Shown here piece by piece: positions 41,085-50,530 of a stretch of 64,000 nucleotides of DNA. Where the stretch lies: NCBI GenBank assembly GCA_963696185.1, contig OY968825.1:1244412-1308411 (forward strand), given 5' to 3'. The DNA comes from an uncultured Solirubrobacterales bacterium. Lineage in GTDB: Bacteria; Actinomycetota; Thermoleophilia; Solirubrobacterales; 70-9. The translations under genes were made by a program, and so were the position numbers. Position 1 is the first letter of the stretch. Each line of letters begins with the position of its first letter. A model generated the notes under the pieces. The model saw only the letters and a program-made list of their open reading frames with translations, did no database searches and was not told the origin of the DNA.

Positions 41085-41575
41085 AGCGACAGCGGGACGA
41101 TCAGCCCGAGCGCCACGCCCAGCAGGGCGCCGCCCAGAACGTCGGACGGGTAGTGCATGCCGAGGTAGGGGCGCCCGAGCGAGAGGACGAGGGCAACGAG
41201 GAGAGCGCCCGCCGTCGCCGGATCGACGCGGAACATCGCCGTCGCCACGGCGAAGGATGAGAAGGCATGTGCGGAGGGGAAGCTGAGCGAGCTGGGAGCA
41301 CCGCCGAGCGGCGGCAGGCCCTCGAGCACCGGCCGGGGCCGCTTGACCAGGAGCTTGACTCCGTAGTTGAGGCAGATCGCGATCGGTCCCAGGGCGGCGC
41401 AGATCAGCCACGCTTCGCGCCGCGATGGGTCGATCGCGGCCAGGACCGCTCCGACCACCACCCAGACCGCACCGTTGTTCCCGGCCTTCCCCACCGCCTT
41501 CATGGCCTTCTCCACGCCGGGCGCGTGCCCGCGCGTTCGCATCCAGCGCAGGAGAGCTGTGTCGGCTTCGCGCAT
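41081..41575 (-). CDS. PAP2 superfamily phosphatase (membrane)
   Basis: ORF 41081..41575. The three PAP2 motifs are present: KLLVKRPRP, SFPSAH, GRPYLGMHYPSDV. The stop overlaps the ychF start (ATGA). Confidence 0.8.
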   Translation of the reverse strand: MREADTALLRWMRTRGHAPGVEKAMKAVGKAGNNGAVWVVVGAVLAAIDPSRREAWLICAALGPIAICLNYGVKLLVKRPRPVLEGLPPLGGAPSSLSFPSAHAFSSFAVATAMFRVDPATAGALLVALVLSLGRPYLGMHYPSDVLGGALLGVALGLIVPLSL

Positions 41576-41601
41576 CGGCGGCGCAGGATAATCCGCCTGC
41601 C

Positions 41602-42570
41602 ATGCCCTTCGTCCCCGGCTACGTCCACACGCCCGGCCACCACTGCGGCTCGACCGCGCTGCGCAACCTGCTCCGCTTCCACGGCGTCGAGATCAGCGAG
41701 GAGATGGCCTTCGGGCTCGGGGCCGGCGCCTGCTTCTACTACGTGACGATCGAGGACGCCTCGCCGACCCGCTGGTTCAACGGCCGCACCGCCCGCCTCG
41801 AGGAGAGCTTCGACGAGCTGACCGGGGCGGCGCTGGAGCTGCGCACCTTCGAGCCGGGCGACGGCGACGCCTGGGAGGCGGCCCGCGCCGAGGTCGACGC
41901 CGGCAATCCCGTCCTCCTCCTCACCGACCTCTACTACCTCGATCACTACGGCAACTCCGCTCACTTCCCCGGCCACGCGGTGGTCCTCGCCGGCTACGAC
42001 GAGGAGCTCGCCTACCTCTCCGACACCGGCTTCGAGGAGCTTCAGAGGACGAGTCTGGAGAGCCTCGACCGGGCGCGTCACAGCGGCCACCCCGCCTACC
42101 CGCTCCAGGGCCACATGTTCACCGCCTCGGGCGGGGTCGCCCCCGAGCAGCTGCGCGAGGCGATCCCGGCCGCGATCGAGCGCGCCGCGCGGGCGATGGT
42201 CGAACCCGAGTTCCGCGACTTCTCCGGCCTCGACGCCGTGCGCCGCCTCGCCGCCGAGGCGGGGTCCTGGCCCGAGGTCGCCGCGGACTGGAAGTGGTGC
42301 GCCCGCTTCGGCTACCAGGTGATCGAGCGCCGCGGCACCGGCGGCGGCGCCTTCCGCCTCATGTACTCGCGCTTCCTCGAGGAGGCGGGCCGCCCCGAGG
42401 CCGCCCTCGCCGCCGAGGCCGCCGCCCGCTGGACCGACCTCGCCACCGCCTTCCACGCCGCCAGCGAGCGCGACGACCCGGACCCCGTCCTCTGGCAGGC
42501 CATCGGCGACGCCGCCCACCGCGTCGCCGAGGCCGAGGACCGCCTCTGGACCTCCCTCGCCGGGCGGTGA
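41602..42570 (+). CDS. BtrH_N-like (papain/C39-like fold) plus DUF4872-like protein
   Basis: In ORF 41425..42570 I prefer the ATG at 41602: MPFVPGYVHTPGHHCGSTALRNLLRFHGVEISEEMAFGLGAGACFYY. The family assignment is from memory of the BtrH N-terminal pattern. Confidence 0.5.
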   Translation: MPFVPGYVHTPGHHCGSTALRNLLRFHGVEISEEMAFGLGAGACFYYVTIEDASPTRWFNGRTARLEESFDELTGAALELRTFEPGDGDAWEAARAEVDAGNPVLLLTDLYYLDHYGNSAHFPGHAVVLAGYDEELAYLSDTGFEELQRTSLESLDRARHSGHPAYPLQGHMFTASGGVAPEQLREAIPAAIERAARAMVEPEFRDFSGLDAVRRLAAEAGSWPEVAADWKWCARFGYQVIERRGTGGGAFRLMYSRFLEEAGRPEAALAAEAAARWTDLATAFHAASERDDPDPVLWQAIGDAAHRVAEAEDRLWTSLAGR

Positions 42571-42699
42571 TGCGCACGGAACCTTCCTGAGCCCAAAGGG
42601 GCTCCTCCGCGGCGAGAGGACGCGCCGGAGACACGGTGACGTTTCCAATTGCGGGAGACGGGTACCTCCTAGTGGGAATCCGTCCTGGAGGAGAGTCAG

Positions 42700-45663
42700 A
42701 TGAGAGGTAAGGCACGCACCGCCGGGCTACTCGCGCTCACCGCTGCCCTGTTCGTCCTCGCTTTCGCCGTTACCGCCGCCCAGGCCGACACCGGCAGCAT
42801 CATCGAAAAACAGAACGAACCACCGACCGTGGCCGACGGCTGGCAGGCGGGAACGTGCACCTCGGACGAACCGACCAAATGCTCACCAGTAACGCCCGGG
42901 CTCTTCTTCAAACAGGCGGCCGGCCACCCCCAGATCGGCTTCACCCAGTACATCCTCAGGCACGGGGAAGAACTCAATCCAACCTTCGGGCTGCTGCAGC
43001 CGATCGAAGAACCGATCGAAGGACGAACGATCAAGACCCTGCGCGTCGATCTGCCTCCGGGCTTGACGGTCAACCCGCAGGCAACCACCGAACAGTGCAC
43101 ACTCGCGGACTTCGAACGTGAACTCGGCGGATTCCACGTTCCCGCGTGCGCCGCGAGCACGATCGTCGGGCGCGAGGAAGTGACGCTGGCGACCAACGTC
43201 GGAGGCGTCGTCCCCGCCCCCGTGCCACCGTTCCCCCCGGGGCTCTTCCTCCCCAAGGGATTTGTGATCCCGCCGAATGAAGCTTCGGGCACCAAGGTCC
43301 CCGTCTACAACCTCGTCCCGAAAGAAGGCGAACCGGCCCTCTTCGGGTTCGTCATCGCAGGCAAAGTGGTGGTCTTCCTGGAAACCGAAGTGGCCTGGGA
43401 CGGCGACTATCACGAGAGCTTCAGGATCCGCCTGCCCAGCTCGGCGCCGCCGTTCTCGACCCTGAAGAGCCGCCTGGTCAGCTTCGGCCGATCGGGCAAC
43501 GGCACGTACGTCACGAACCCGACCACCTGCTTCGACCCGACGCAGGCGGCGTTCCTGCACACCTACTCGACCTTCTTCCGCGCCGAGTCCCACGAAGAAC
43601 CAAATCCAACCTTCCCAAACGGATCGACCCCGTTCGAGGCCGTGCTGCCGGAAGGCGTGCAGCAGGAAGGCTGCGTGGAAGTTCCCTTCGACCCCTCGCT
43701 CGAAGTCGAACCCGGCACCGCGCAGGTCGACTCGCCGGCGGCGCCCACGGTTACCACCGAACTACCGTTCGTAACGGGCGGCGAAGAAATCTCCGAGTCG
43801 CACCTGAGGAGCGCCAAGGTCGCCCTGCCCGAAGGGATGGGCCTCAACCCCTCCGCCGCGAAGAGCCTCGAAGCCTGCACAGACGCACAGCTCGGCGAGG
43901 GCACGAGGAACCCGGTCTCCTGCCCCGCCGGCTCGAAGATCGGCACGGTCGAGATCGAAACGCCGCCGCTGCCGGCGGGCTCTTTGACTGGGAACGTCTA
44001 CTTGGGTCAGCAGCTCAGCCGCGATCCCACCTCGGGTGAAGAGTTCCGGATCTTCGTCGACGCCGAGTCGGCGAGGTACGGGATCTCGGTGCGCCTCGTC
44101 GGGCACGTCAGCGCCGACCCGAACACCGGGCAGCTGACGACGACGTTCGACGAACCGGCAAAGGTGGTCCCGCTCGCCGGCACGCTGCCACATGGACTGC
44201 CTCAGGCGCCGTTCACATCCGTCAAGCTCCAGTTCGACCAGGCCAAGGGCCTGCTGACCAGCCCGCCCGCCTGCGCCCCGAGCACGACGACGAGCGTGAT
44301 GGAACCGTGGTCGACGCCGGTCTCGACGAAGACACCGACGACAAGCTTTGCCCTGACCTCCGCCCCCGGCGGCGGAGCCTGCCCGAAAACGCTGGCCGAA
44401 CGCCCGTTCAGCCCCGGCTACAGCGCCGGGCCGCGCAAGTCCAAGGCGGGCGCCTACAGCCCCTTCGAGCTGCACCTGACGCGTCCCGACGGCGCCCAGG
44501 AGCTGAGGCGCGTCGAAACCACGCTGCCGCCCGGCATGGTCGCCAAACTGCGCGGCCCCGAATACTGCCCGGAGGCGAGCATCGCCGCGGCAGCCGGGGA
44601 GGCGGGGAGGGCCGTGATCGCCAAGCCGGTCTGCCCGGACAAGAGCTTCGTCGGCACGGTGGGGATCGACGCCGGGAGCGGGCCTTCGCCGCTCCACGTC
44701 GACGGCAACATCTACTACGCCGGCCCCTACAAGGGAGCGCCGGTGAGCCTCGTCTTCGTGACGCCCGCGGTCGCCGGGCCCTATGACCTGGGCACGGTCG
44801 TCGTTCGGACCGCCCTCTACGTAGATCCCGAAACGGCTCAGGTCAAAGCTGTCTCCGACCCGATCCCCGACGTGTTCGGGGGCGTCAAGCTCGATGTCCG
44901 CGCGATCGACGTCTCGATCAGCCGCAAGAACTACACCCTCAACCCAACCAACTGCCGGTCCTCCTCCGTCGCGTCGAACGTCTTCGGCGGAGGCGCCAAC
45001 CCTGCCGACCCGGCGGCCTGGCTCGCGTCGGCGCAGGCGAGCCCGTTCAAGGCGACGAACTGCCGCGCGCTCGGCTTCCAGCCGCAGTTCTACACCCGCA
45101 TCCTCGGCGACAAGAAGCAGACCCGGCGCGCCGCCAACCCGAAGTTCCGGGCGATCCTCAAGGCCCGCAAGGGCGACGCCAACCTGCGCCGGGCGGCCTT
45201 CCAGATGCCGCACGCGGCCTTCCTCGACCAGAGCCACATCCGGACCATCTGCACGAGGGTCCAGCTCGCCTCGAACAGCTGCCCGAAGCAGGCGATCTAC
45301 GGTAACGCGAAGGCGACCTCGCCGCTTCTGAACGGCGCGCTGGAAGGACCCGTGTACCTGACCTCGTCCACACATGAACTGCCGGACCTGCTCGCCGACC
45401 TGCACGGCCAGGTCAACATCCGCCTGCGCGGGGAAATCAGCGGGGTGCACGGCCACCTGAAGGCCGTCTTCTTCCCGACCCCCGACGTGGCGGTCGACAC
45501 CTTCGTCCTGACGATGCGCGGCGGCCACCGGGGGCTGCTGATCAACTCGGAGAACCTCTGCGCCAGGAAGCAGTTCGGCCATCTCAACCTGAAAGCGCAG
45601 AACGACAAGCGGCTCAAGACGAACCGGCTGCGCCTCAACGTCCCGGCCTGCCGCCACCGCTAG
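42700..45663 (+). CDS. Large secreted protein (987 aa) built from four Cys-pair-containing modules, function unknown
   Basis: ORF 42700..45663 is intact, with GGAGGAGAG upstream. Signal peptide MRGKARTAGLLALTAALFVLAFAVTAAQA. The recurring module start LRxxxxLPxGhxxNP...C...CPxxSxhG begins at residues ~113, ~369, ~601 and ~830. Confidence 0.75.
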   Translation: MRGKARTAGLLALTAALFVLAFAVTAAQADTGSIIEKQNEPPTVADGWQAGTCTSDEPTKCSPVTPGLFFKQAAGHPQIGFTQYILRHGEELNPTFGLLQPIEEPIEGRTIKTLRVDLPPGLTVNPQATTEQCTLADFERELGGFHVPACAASTIVGREEVTLATNVGGVVPAPVPPFPPGLFLPKGFVIPPNEASGTKVPVYNLVPKEGEPALFGFVIAGKVVVFLETEVAWDGDYHESFRIRLPSSAPPFSTLKSRLVSFGRSGNGTYVTNPTTCFDPTQAAFLHTYSTFFRAESHEEPNPTFPNGSTPFEAVLPEGVQQEGCVEVPFDPSLEVEPGTAQVDSPAAPTVTTELPFVTGGEEISESHLRSAKVALPEGMGLNPSAAKSLEACTDAQLGEGTRNPVSCPAGSKIGTVEIETPPLPAGSLTGNVYLGQQLSRDPTSGEEFRIFVDAESARYGISVRLVGHVSADPNTGQLTTTFDEPAKVVPLAGTLPHGLPQAPFTSVKLQFDQAKGLLTSPPACAPSTTTSVMEPWSTPVSTKTPTTSFALTSAPGGGACPKTLAERPFSPGYSAGPRKSKAGAYSPFELHLTRPDGAQELRRVETTLPPGMVAKLRGPEYCPEASIAAAAGEAGRAVIAKPVCPDKSFVGTVGIDAGSGPSPLHVDGNIYYAGPYKGAPVSLVFVTPAVAGPYDLGTVVVRTALYVDPETAQVKAVSDPIPDVFGGVKLDVRAIDVSISRKNYTLNPTNCRSSSVASNVFGGGANPADPAAWLASAQASPFKATNCRALGFQPQFYTRILGDKKQTRRAANPKFRAILKARKGDANLRRAAFQMPHAAFLDQSHIRTICTRVQLASNSCPKQAIYGNAKATSPLLNGALEGPVYLTSSTHELPDLLADLHGQVNIRLRGEISGVHGHLKAVFFPTPDVAVDTFVLTMRGGHRGLLINSENLCARKQFGHLNLKAQNDKRLKTNRLRLNVPACRHR

Positions 45664-45677
45664 CGGCGTAGCCCAAC

Positions 45678-45703
45678 GGCGCGGCGGCCCCAGCCGCCGC
45701 GCC
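45678..45703. terminator. GC hairpin between convergent genes (11-bp perfect stem GGCGCGGCGGC/GCCGCCGCGCC, 4-nt loop)
   Basis: Read directly. It lies between the stop at 45663 (+) and the stop at 45708 (-). Confidence 0.45.
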
Positions 45704-45707
45704 GCCG

Positions 45708-45935
45708 TCAGTCCGGTGGGCTGAGGGAGAAGCCGACTCGGTGCTCGCCGGAGTCGATGCGGAGGAAGGCGACCTTGCCGAGGTAGAGGGCGAGGACGCC
45801 GTCCTCCGTCCGCACGTCGTACCAGCCGCCCTTCTCGACCTGCTTGCGAAGGTCCTTCAGCTCGTCGTCGTTGAGTCGCACGGAGACGACCTGGCCGCCC
45901 TCGAACCCGATCTCGACCCGCTGCGCGTCGGCCAT
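45708..45935 (-). CDS. Small conserved protein, DUF3107-like
   Basis: ORF 45708..45935. The C-terminal KVAFLRIDSGEHRVGFSL resembles the ...IAYVEIG....RVGF ending of actinobacterial DUF3107 proteins, from memory. The start overlaps the mce stop by 1 nt. Confidence 0.45.
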   Translation of the reverse strand: MADAQRVEIGFEGGQVVSVRLNDDELKDLRKQVEKGGWYDVRTEDGVLALYLGKVAFLRIDSGEHRVGFSLSPPD

Positions 45936-46348
45936 CAGTGCTCTCCTCTCGGCGGTTCGACGATCTCGGTCAGCACGCCGCCGGTCGAGCGCGGGTGCAG
46001 GAAGGCGACGCGGCTGCCGCGGATGCCGATCCGCGCCTCGCTGTCGATCAGCTCGAGCCCGGCGGCCGCCAGCCTCTCCAGCGTCGCGTCGATGTCGTCG
46101 ACCGCGTAGGCGACGTGGTGCAGGCCGGGGCCCTTGCGGGAGAGGAACTTGCCGACGGGTGTCTCCGGCCCGAGCGGCCGCAGCAGCTCGACGTGCCCCT
46201 CGCCGACGTCGAGCAGGACGGCCTCGACGCCCTGCGACTCGACGGTCTCGCGGTGCGCCAGCTCCATCTCGAAGCTGTCGCGGTAGAGCGCGATCGCGGC
46301 GTCGACGTCCTCGACCGCGACGCCGATGTGGTCGATCCTTCCGAACAT
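45935..46348 (-). CDS. mce: Methylmalonyl-CoA epimerase (VOC/glyoxalase fold)
   Basis: In ORF 45935..46369 I prefer the ATG at 46348: MFGRIDHIGVAVEDVDAAIALYRDSFEM...GPGLHHVAYAVDDIDATLERL...VAFLHPRSTGGVLTEIVE. Confidence 0.8.
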   Translation of the reverse strand: MFGRIDHIGVAVEDVDAAIALYRDSFEMELAHRETVESQGVEAVLLDVGEGHVELLRPLGPETPVGKFLSRKGPGLHHVAYAVDDIDATLERLAAAGLELIDSEARIGIRGSRVAFLHPRSTGGVLTEIVEPPRGEH

Positions 46349-46360
46349 CGGCGCCAGTCT

Positions 46361-46523
46361 AGAGTCCACCCGGAAATCCCGCGTGTGCGGCTGGCGCGCG
46401 CCGGACCAAGCGGGGCAAGGACGCAGGGAGGCCTAATAGCAGAGCTATTTGGCCGACTGAGGACGCCGCACCGCGCCGGTCCGCCGCCGCCAGACGTGCG
46501 CGAGGGGTTTCTGGGTGGACTCT
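46361..46523. repeat. 163-bp intergenic element with 20-nt terminal inverted repeats and an internal AT-rich hairpin
   Basis: AGAGTCCACCCGGAAATCCC (46361-80) versus the reverse complement of GGGGTTTCTGGGTGGACTCT (46504-23) gives 18/20 matches. Both mismatches are G-T pairs on the plus strand. The inner hairpin is GGCCTAATAGC-AGA-GCTATTTGGCC at 46430-46454. Confidence 0.75.
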
Positions 46524-47348
46524 CACGTGGCGGGAGGCAGGTCGTCGCCGGGCGCCGCTTCGTGCTCGGCGCGGAGGATCTCGGCCAGCGCCGCGATCCC
46601 GACCTGGAGCTGCTCGGGGGTCGGCTCCTTCGTCGCCAGGTGGCGCTGGATCTCGCGGCCGGGGGTGTGGAACGCCTCGGCCAGGGGCGTGCCGTGGTTG
46701 CGGTCGCTCCAGGCGAACAGCTCCACCGCGAGCGAGGCGCCGCCGAGGCCGACGGCGGTGCGGGCGAGCGGGCCCGGGCGCTCCACCAGCCGCTCCAGCA
46801 GCACGGTCCCGGCCGCCGAGAGCAGCATCATCGGCACGATCAGGTTGGAGCCGCAGCGGTCGTGCTCCTTGGGCACCGTGGCGGGGTCGTCGACGCCCTG
46901 CTCGTAGCGCCGCGATCGCCTTGTGCTCGACCCCGTGGTAGGCGGCGAGGTCGCGGTCCATGAGGGCGACGACGGCCGGGGCGGCGCCGATCGCCTGCAC
47001 GAGGCCCTCGCGCAGGGCCGAGGTCGCCATCCGCCTGCGCAGCACGGCGGTCAGGAGCAGCGTCGCCCCGATCGCCGCGACCACGCGCCGGTCCTCGAAG
47101 GGCAGCCGCGCCGCCGGCAGCCGCCGCCGCACCAGCGGCAGGACCGCAAGGGCCTCGGCCAGTTTCAGCGGCCCGCGCAGGCCCGGGATGCGACCCGCGA
47201 GCTTGGGCGCCAGCTCGGGCTTGCGCTCCGATACGACCTCAACACGACCCTCGGAATCCCGCACCGCCGCGGCCCAGTGCGTGGGCCCGTGGATCAGCAA
47301 TCCGTTCCGCAGCGCCATCCCGCCCAGTCGCAGCTTCTCGGAAGCCAT
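46523..47348 (-). pseudogene. DUF1385 family protein, one apparent frameshift near 46900-46920
   Basis: ORF 46359..47348 holds the N-terminus (MASEKLRLGGMALRNGLLIHGPTHWAAAVR...AAYHGVEHKAI). ORF 46523..46876 holds PKEHDRCGSNLIVPMMLL.... The HGxEHK and EHxRCG motifs are typical of DUF1385. Confidence 0.7.
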
Positions 47349-47398
47349 GATCGGACGATAGAGGAGGCCGGGAGTCGCCCTGGCCTCACAACCACGCC

Positions 47399-47423
47399 CG
47401 ACGACCGCGCTCCGCGGTCGTCG
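47399..47423. other. Perfect 11-bp-stem hairpin CGACGACCGCG-CTC-CGCGGTCGTCG in the 212-nt spacer between the rarA stop and the DUF1385 start
   Basis: Read directly. On the minus strand it lies after the rarA stop (47561) and before the DUF1385 start (47348). Confidence 0.4.
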
Positions 47424-47560
47424 AGTCCCCCCTGTTTCTCCCCTTCAGACCCGGCCGGAGGCCCCCAGTCCAGGCCCCCGGCCGGTGTTCGGCTCTCCCT
47501 GGCTCTAGCTTGGAAAGCCAACCCTGAAACACCGGCGTCCTGGGGAAGTTGCGCCTGGCA

Positions 47561-48891
47561 CTAACTCCCGCGGAACCGCTTGCGCAGCGCCTCCAGACGG
47601 CGCCCCAGCTCCGCCTCGAAGCCGCGCTCGGTGGGCGCGTAGAAGCGCAGCTCCTCGAGCCCTGGCGGCATCAGCGGCTGGTCGCCGACGGCGCCGGTCT
47701 CGTCGTGCGCGTAGCGGTAGCCCTCGCCGCGCCCGAGCTTCGCGGCGCCCGGGTAGTGGGCGTCGCGCAGGTAGTCGGGCGGCGCCTTGGCGCCGTTCTC
47801 GCGGACCTCGGCGCGAGCGCGCCCGAGCGCCTTGTAGGAGGCGTTCGACTTCGGCGCCAGCGCCAGGTAGACGGCCGCCTGGGCGAGGTTGAGCGCGCAC
47901 TCGGGCAGCCCCACCCGGTCCACCGCGCTCGCCGCCGCGTCGGCGACCAGCAGCGCCTGCGGGTCGGCGTTGCCGACGTCCTCGGAGGCGAGGATGACCA
48001 TGCGGCGGGCGATGAAGCGCGGGTCCTCGCCGCCCTCCAGCATCACCGCCAGGTAGTAGAGCGAGGCGTCGACGTCGGAGCCGCGCGTCGCCTTGATCCA
48101 GGCCGAGACGAAGTCGTAGTGACGATCGCCCTGGCGGTCGTATTCGAGCGCCTTGCGCTGCAGCGCGTCCTCGATCGCGGCGACGTCGACGTCGGATGCC
48201 GCGCGAGCGCTCGACCGCCCGCTCCAGGGCCGAGAGCGCGACGCGCGCGTCGCCGCCGGAGCGGTGCGCAAGCATCTCCAGCGCCCGGTCCTCGACCGAG
48301 CGGCGGCTCGGGGAGGCCGCGCTCGGGGTCGGACAGCGCCCGGCGCAGCAGCACCTCCACCTGCTCGGGCTCGAGCGGATGGAGCTCGTAGATCTGGCAG
48401 CGCGAGAGCAGCGCCGAGTTGACCTCGAAGTAGGGGTTCTCGGTGGTCGCCCCGATCAGCGTCAGCAGCCCCTCCTCGACCGCCGGCAGCAGCGCGTCCT
48501 GCTGGGCCTTGTTGAAGCGGTGGATCTCGTCGAGGAAGAGGACGGTGGGCCGCCCGCCACTCTGGCGCCGCTCCCGCGCCCGCTCGATCACCGCGCGGAT
48601 CTCCGCCCGCCCGGCGTTGACCGCCGACTCCTCCTCGAAGGCGACCGCGGCATTGACCGCGGCGATCCGGGCCAGCGTCGTCTTCCCCGAGCCCGGCGGC
48701 CCGTAGAGGATCGCGCTGTGCGGATGCCCACCCTCGATAGCCGTCCGCAGAGCCGACCCGGGAGCGAGCACATGCTCCTGCCCGACCAGCTCCTCCAAGC
48801 CCATGCGGCCTCATCCGAACGGCCAAAGGAGCATCAGCAGCTGACCTCCCGCATGGCGGGGCTCTGCGCTGTCGAAGAGGCGACTCTCCAC
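47561..48891 (-). pseudogene. rarA: Replication-associated recombination protein A (RarA/MgsA AAA+ ATPase), several apparent frameshifts
   Basis: Pieces: a tail of ORF 48811..49200 (VESRLFDSAEP), ORF 47561..48922 (PLAVRMRP; later YDFVSAWIKATRGSDVDASLYYLAVMLEGGEDPRFIARRM...YLRDAHY), ORF 48043..48804 ([30 protein letters not shown]) and ORF 47505..48275 (GGDARVALSALE). The start coordinate is uncertain. Confidence 0.8.
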
Positions 48892-48933
48892 ACCGGTGAG
48901 TATGAAGGCCGAACCACCGCATACAATCGCCAA

Positions 48934-50530
48934 ATGGAGACAGCCACGCAGAGTCCCGCCGCCCAGTCCACCCTCGAGACCTTCAACCCCGCCACCGGCG
49001 AGCTGGTCGGCTCGGTCGCGACGATCACGCCCGATCAGGTCCAGGGCATCGTCGACGAGGTCGCCCGCATCCAGCCCGCCTGGGCGGAGCTGGCGCCGAC
49101 GGACCGCGCCCGCTACCTGCGCCGCACCGCCGACGCGCTGCTCGACGAGATCGACGAGATCGCCGACGCTGCTGACGAGCGAGCAGGGCAAGCCGCGCAT
49201 CGAGGCCTACACGATGGAGCTGCTGCCGACGATCGACGCCCTGCACTGGTGCGCCAAGGCCGGCCCCAAGATCCTCGCCGACGAGAAGATCCGCATGTCG
49301 GTCGGGCCGCTGATCAGCAAGAAAACCCACTTCTCCTACGAGCCGATCGGCGTCGTCGGGATCATCGCGCCCTGGAACTACCCCTGGTCGATCCCCTTCG
49401 GCGAGGTGGCGATCGCGCTGATGGCGGGCAACGGCGTCGTGCTGAAGCCGGCCAGCCTGACGCCGCTGCTGGGCGAGGCGATCCGCCGCGTCTTCGAGAA
49501 GGGCGGCCTGCCGGAGGGCCTGGTCCGCGTCGTCCACGGCGGCGGCGCGGTCGGCGACGCGCTGGCCCGCTCCAGCGTCGGCAAGGTCTTCTTCACCGGC
49601 TCGGTCGAGATCGGGCGCAAGGTCGGCGAGGTCTGCGCGCAGCGGCTCAAGGGCTCGGTGCTCGAGCTGGGCGGCAAGGACCCGATGATCGTCTGCGCCG
49701 ACGCCGACCTCGGCAACGCGATCTCCGGCGCCGTCTGGGGCGGCTTCGCCAACGCCGGCCAGACCTGCTCGGGGATCGAGCGCGTCTACGTGATGCGCGA
49801 GGTCGCCGACCGCTTCGTCGAGGGCGTCGCCCGCGAGGCGCAGAGGCTGCAGGTCGGCGACCCGACGCGAGTGGGAGACGGAGATCGGCCCGATGACCTC
49901 CGACGACCAGTACGAGATCGTCTGCGAGCTGGTCGACGACGCGGTCGCCTCCGGCGCCACCATGCTCTGCGGCGGCCCGACCGAGGTCGCCGGCTTCAGC
50001 GGCAGGTTCTCGCGCCGACCGTGCTGACCGGCGTCACGCACGAGATGCGGATCATGAAGGAGGAGATCTTCGGCCCGGTGCTGCCGATCGTCGTGGTCGA
50101 GAGCGAGCAGGAGGCGATCGACCTCGCCAACGACTCCGAGTTCGGCCTCGGCGCCTCGGTCTGGACCAAGGACCGCCAGAAGGGCGAGCGGATCGCGCGG
50201 CGGATCGAGTCGGGGATGGTCTGGATCAACGACCACTCCTTCAGCCACGGCGCCTGCCAGTGCTCCTGGGGCGGCGTCAAGGACTCCGGCGTCGGCCGCT
50301 CGCACTCGAAATTCGGCTTCTACGAGTGCGTCAACATCAAGATCAACGCCTGGGAGCCGGGCCTGACCAGGGACTTCTGGTGGCACCCCTACGACCGCAC
50401 GCTGGGCGAGGCGGTCCGGGCCTCGGCGAAGCTGCTCTACGGCAAGGGAGCGACGCGGACCAAGGCTCTGCGCGAGGGCGCCGGCCCGCTGCTCAAGGTC
50501 AGCCGCCGCACCCTGAAGAAGCGCCGTTGA
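48934..50530 (+). pseudogene. Aldehyde dehydrogenase family protein, apparent frameshifts
   Basis: N-terminus in ORF 48196..49896 (METATQSPAAQSTLETFNPATGELVG..., ATG at 48934). The body is in ORF 48896..50530 (IIAPWNYPW, FTGSVEIGRKV, LELGGKDP, GQTCSGIERVYV, EEIFGPVLPI). There is a short frame excursion around 49870-50000. Confidence 0.8.

Noticed and set aside
47399-47423. Grouping the hairpin CGACGACCGCG-CTC-CGCGGTCGTCG with the 36080 and 56698 hairpins as one repeat family.
   Set aside because: It uses the same words, but with the arms in the opposite order, so the loop is at the other end of the duplex. GTCGTCG-type words are also common in this codon-biased DNA. I judged this a coincidence and kept it only as a stand-alone hairpin.
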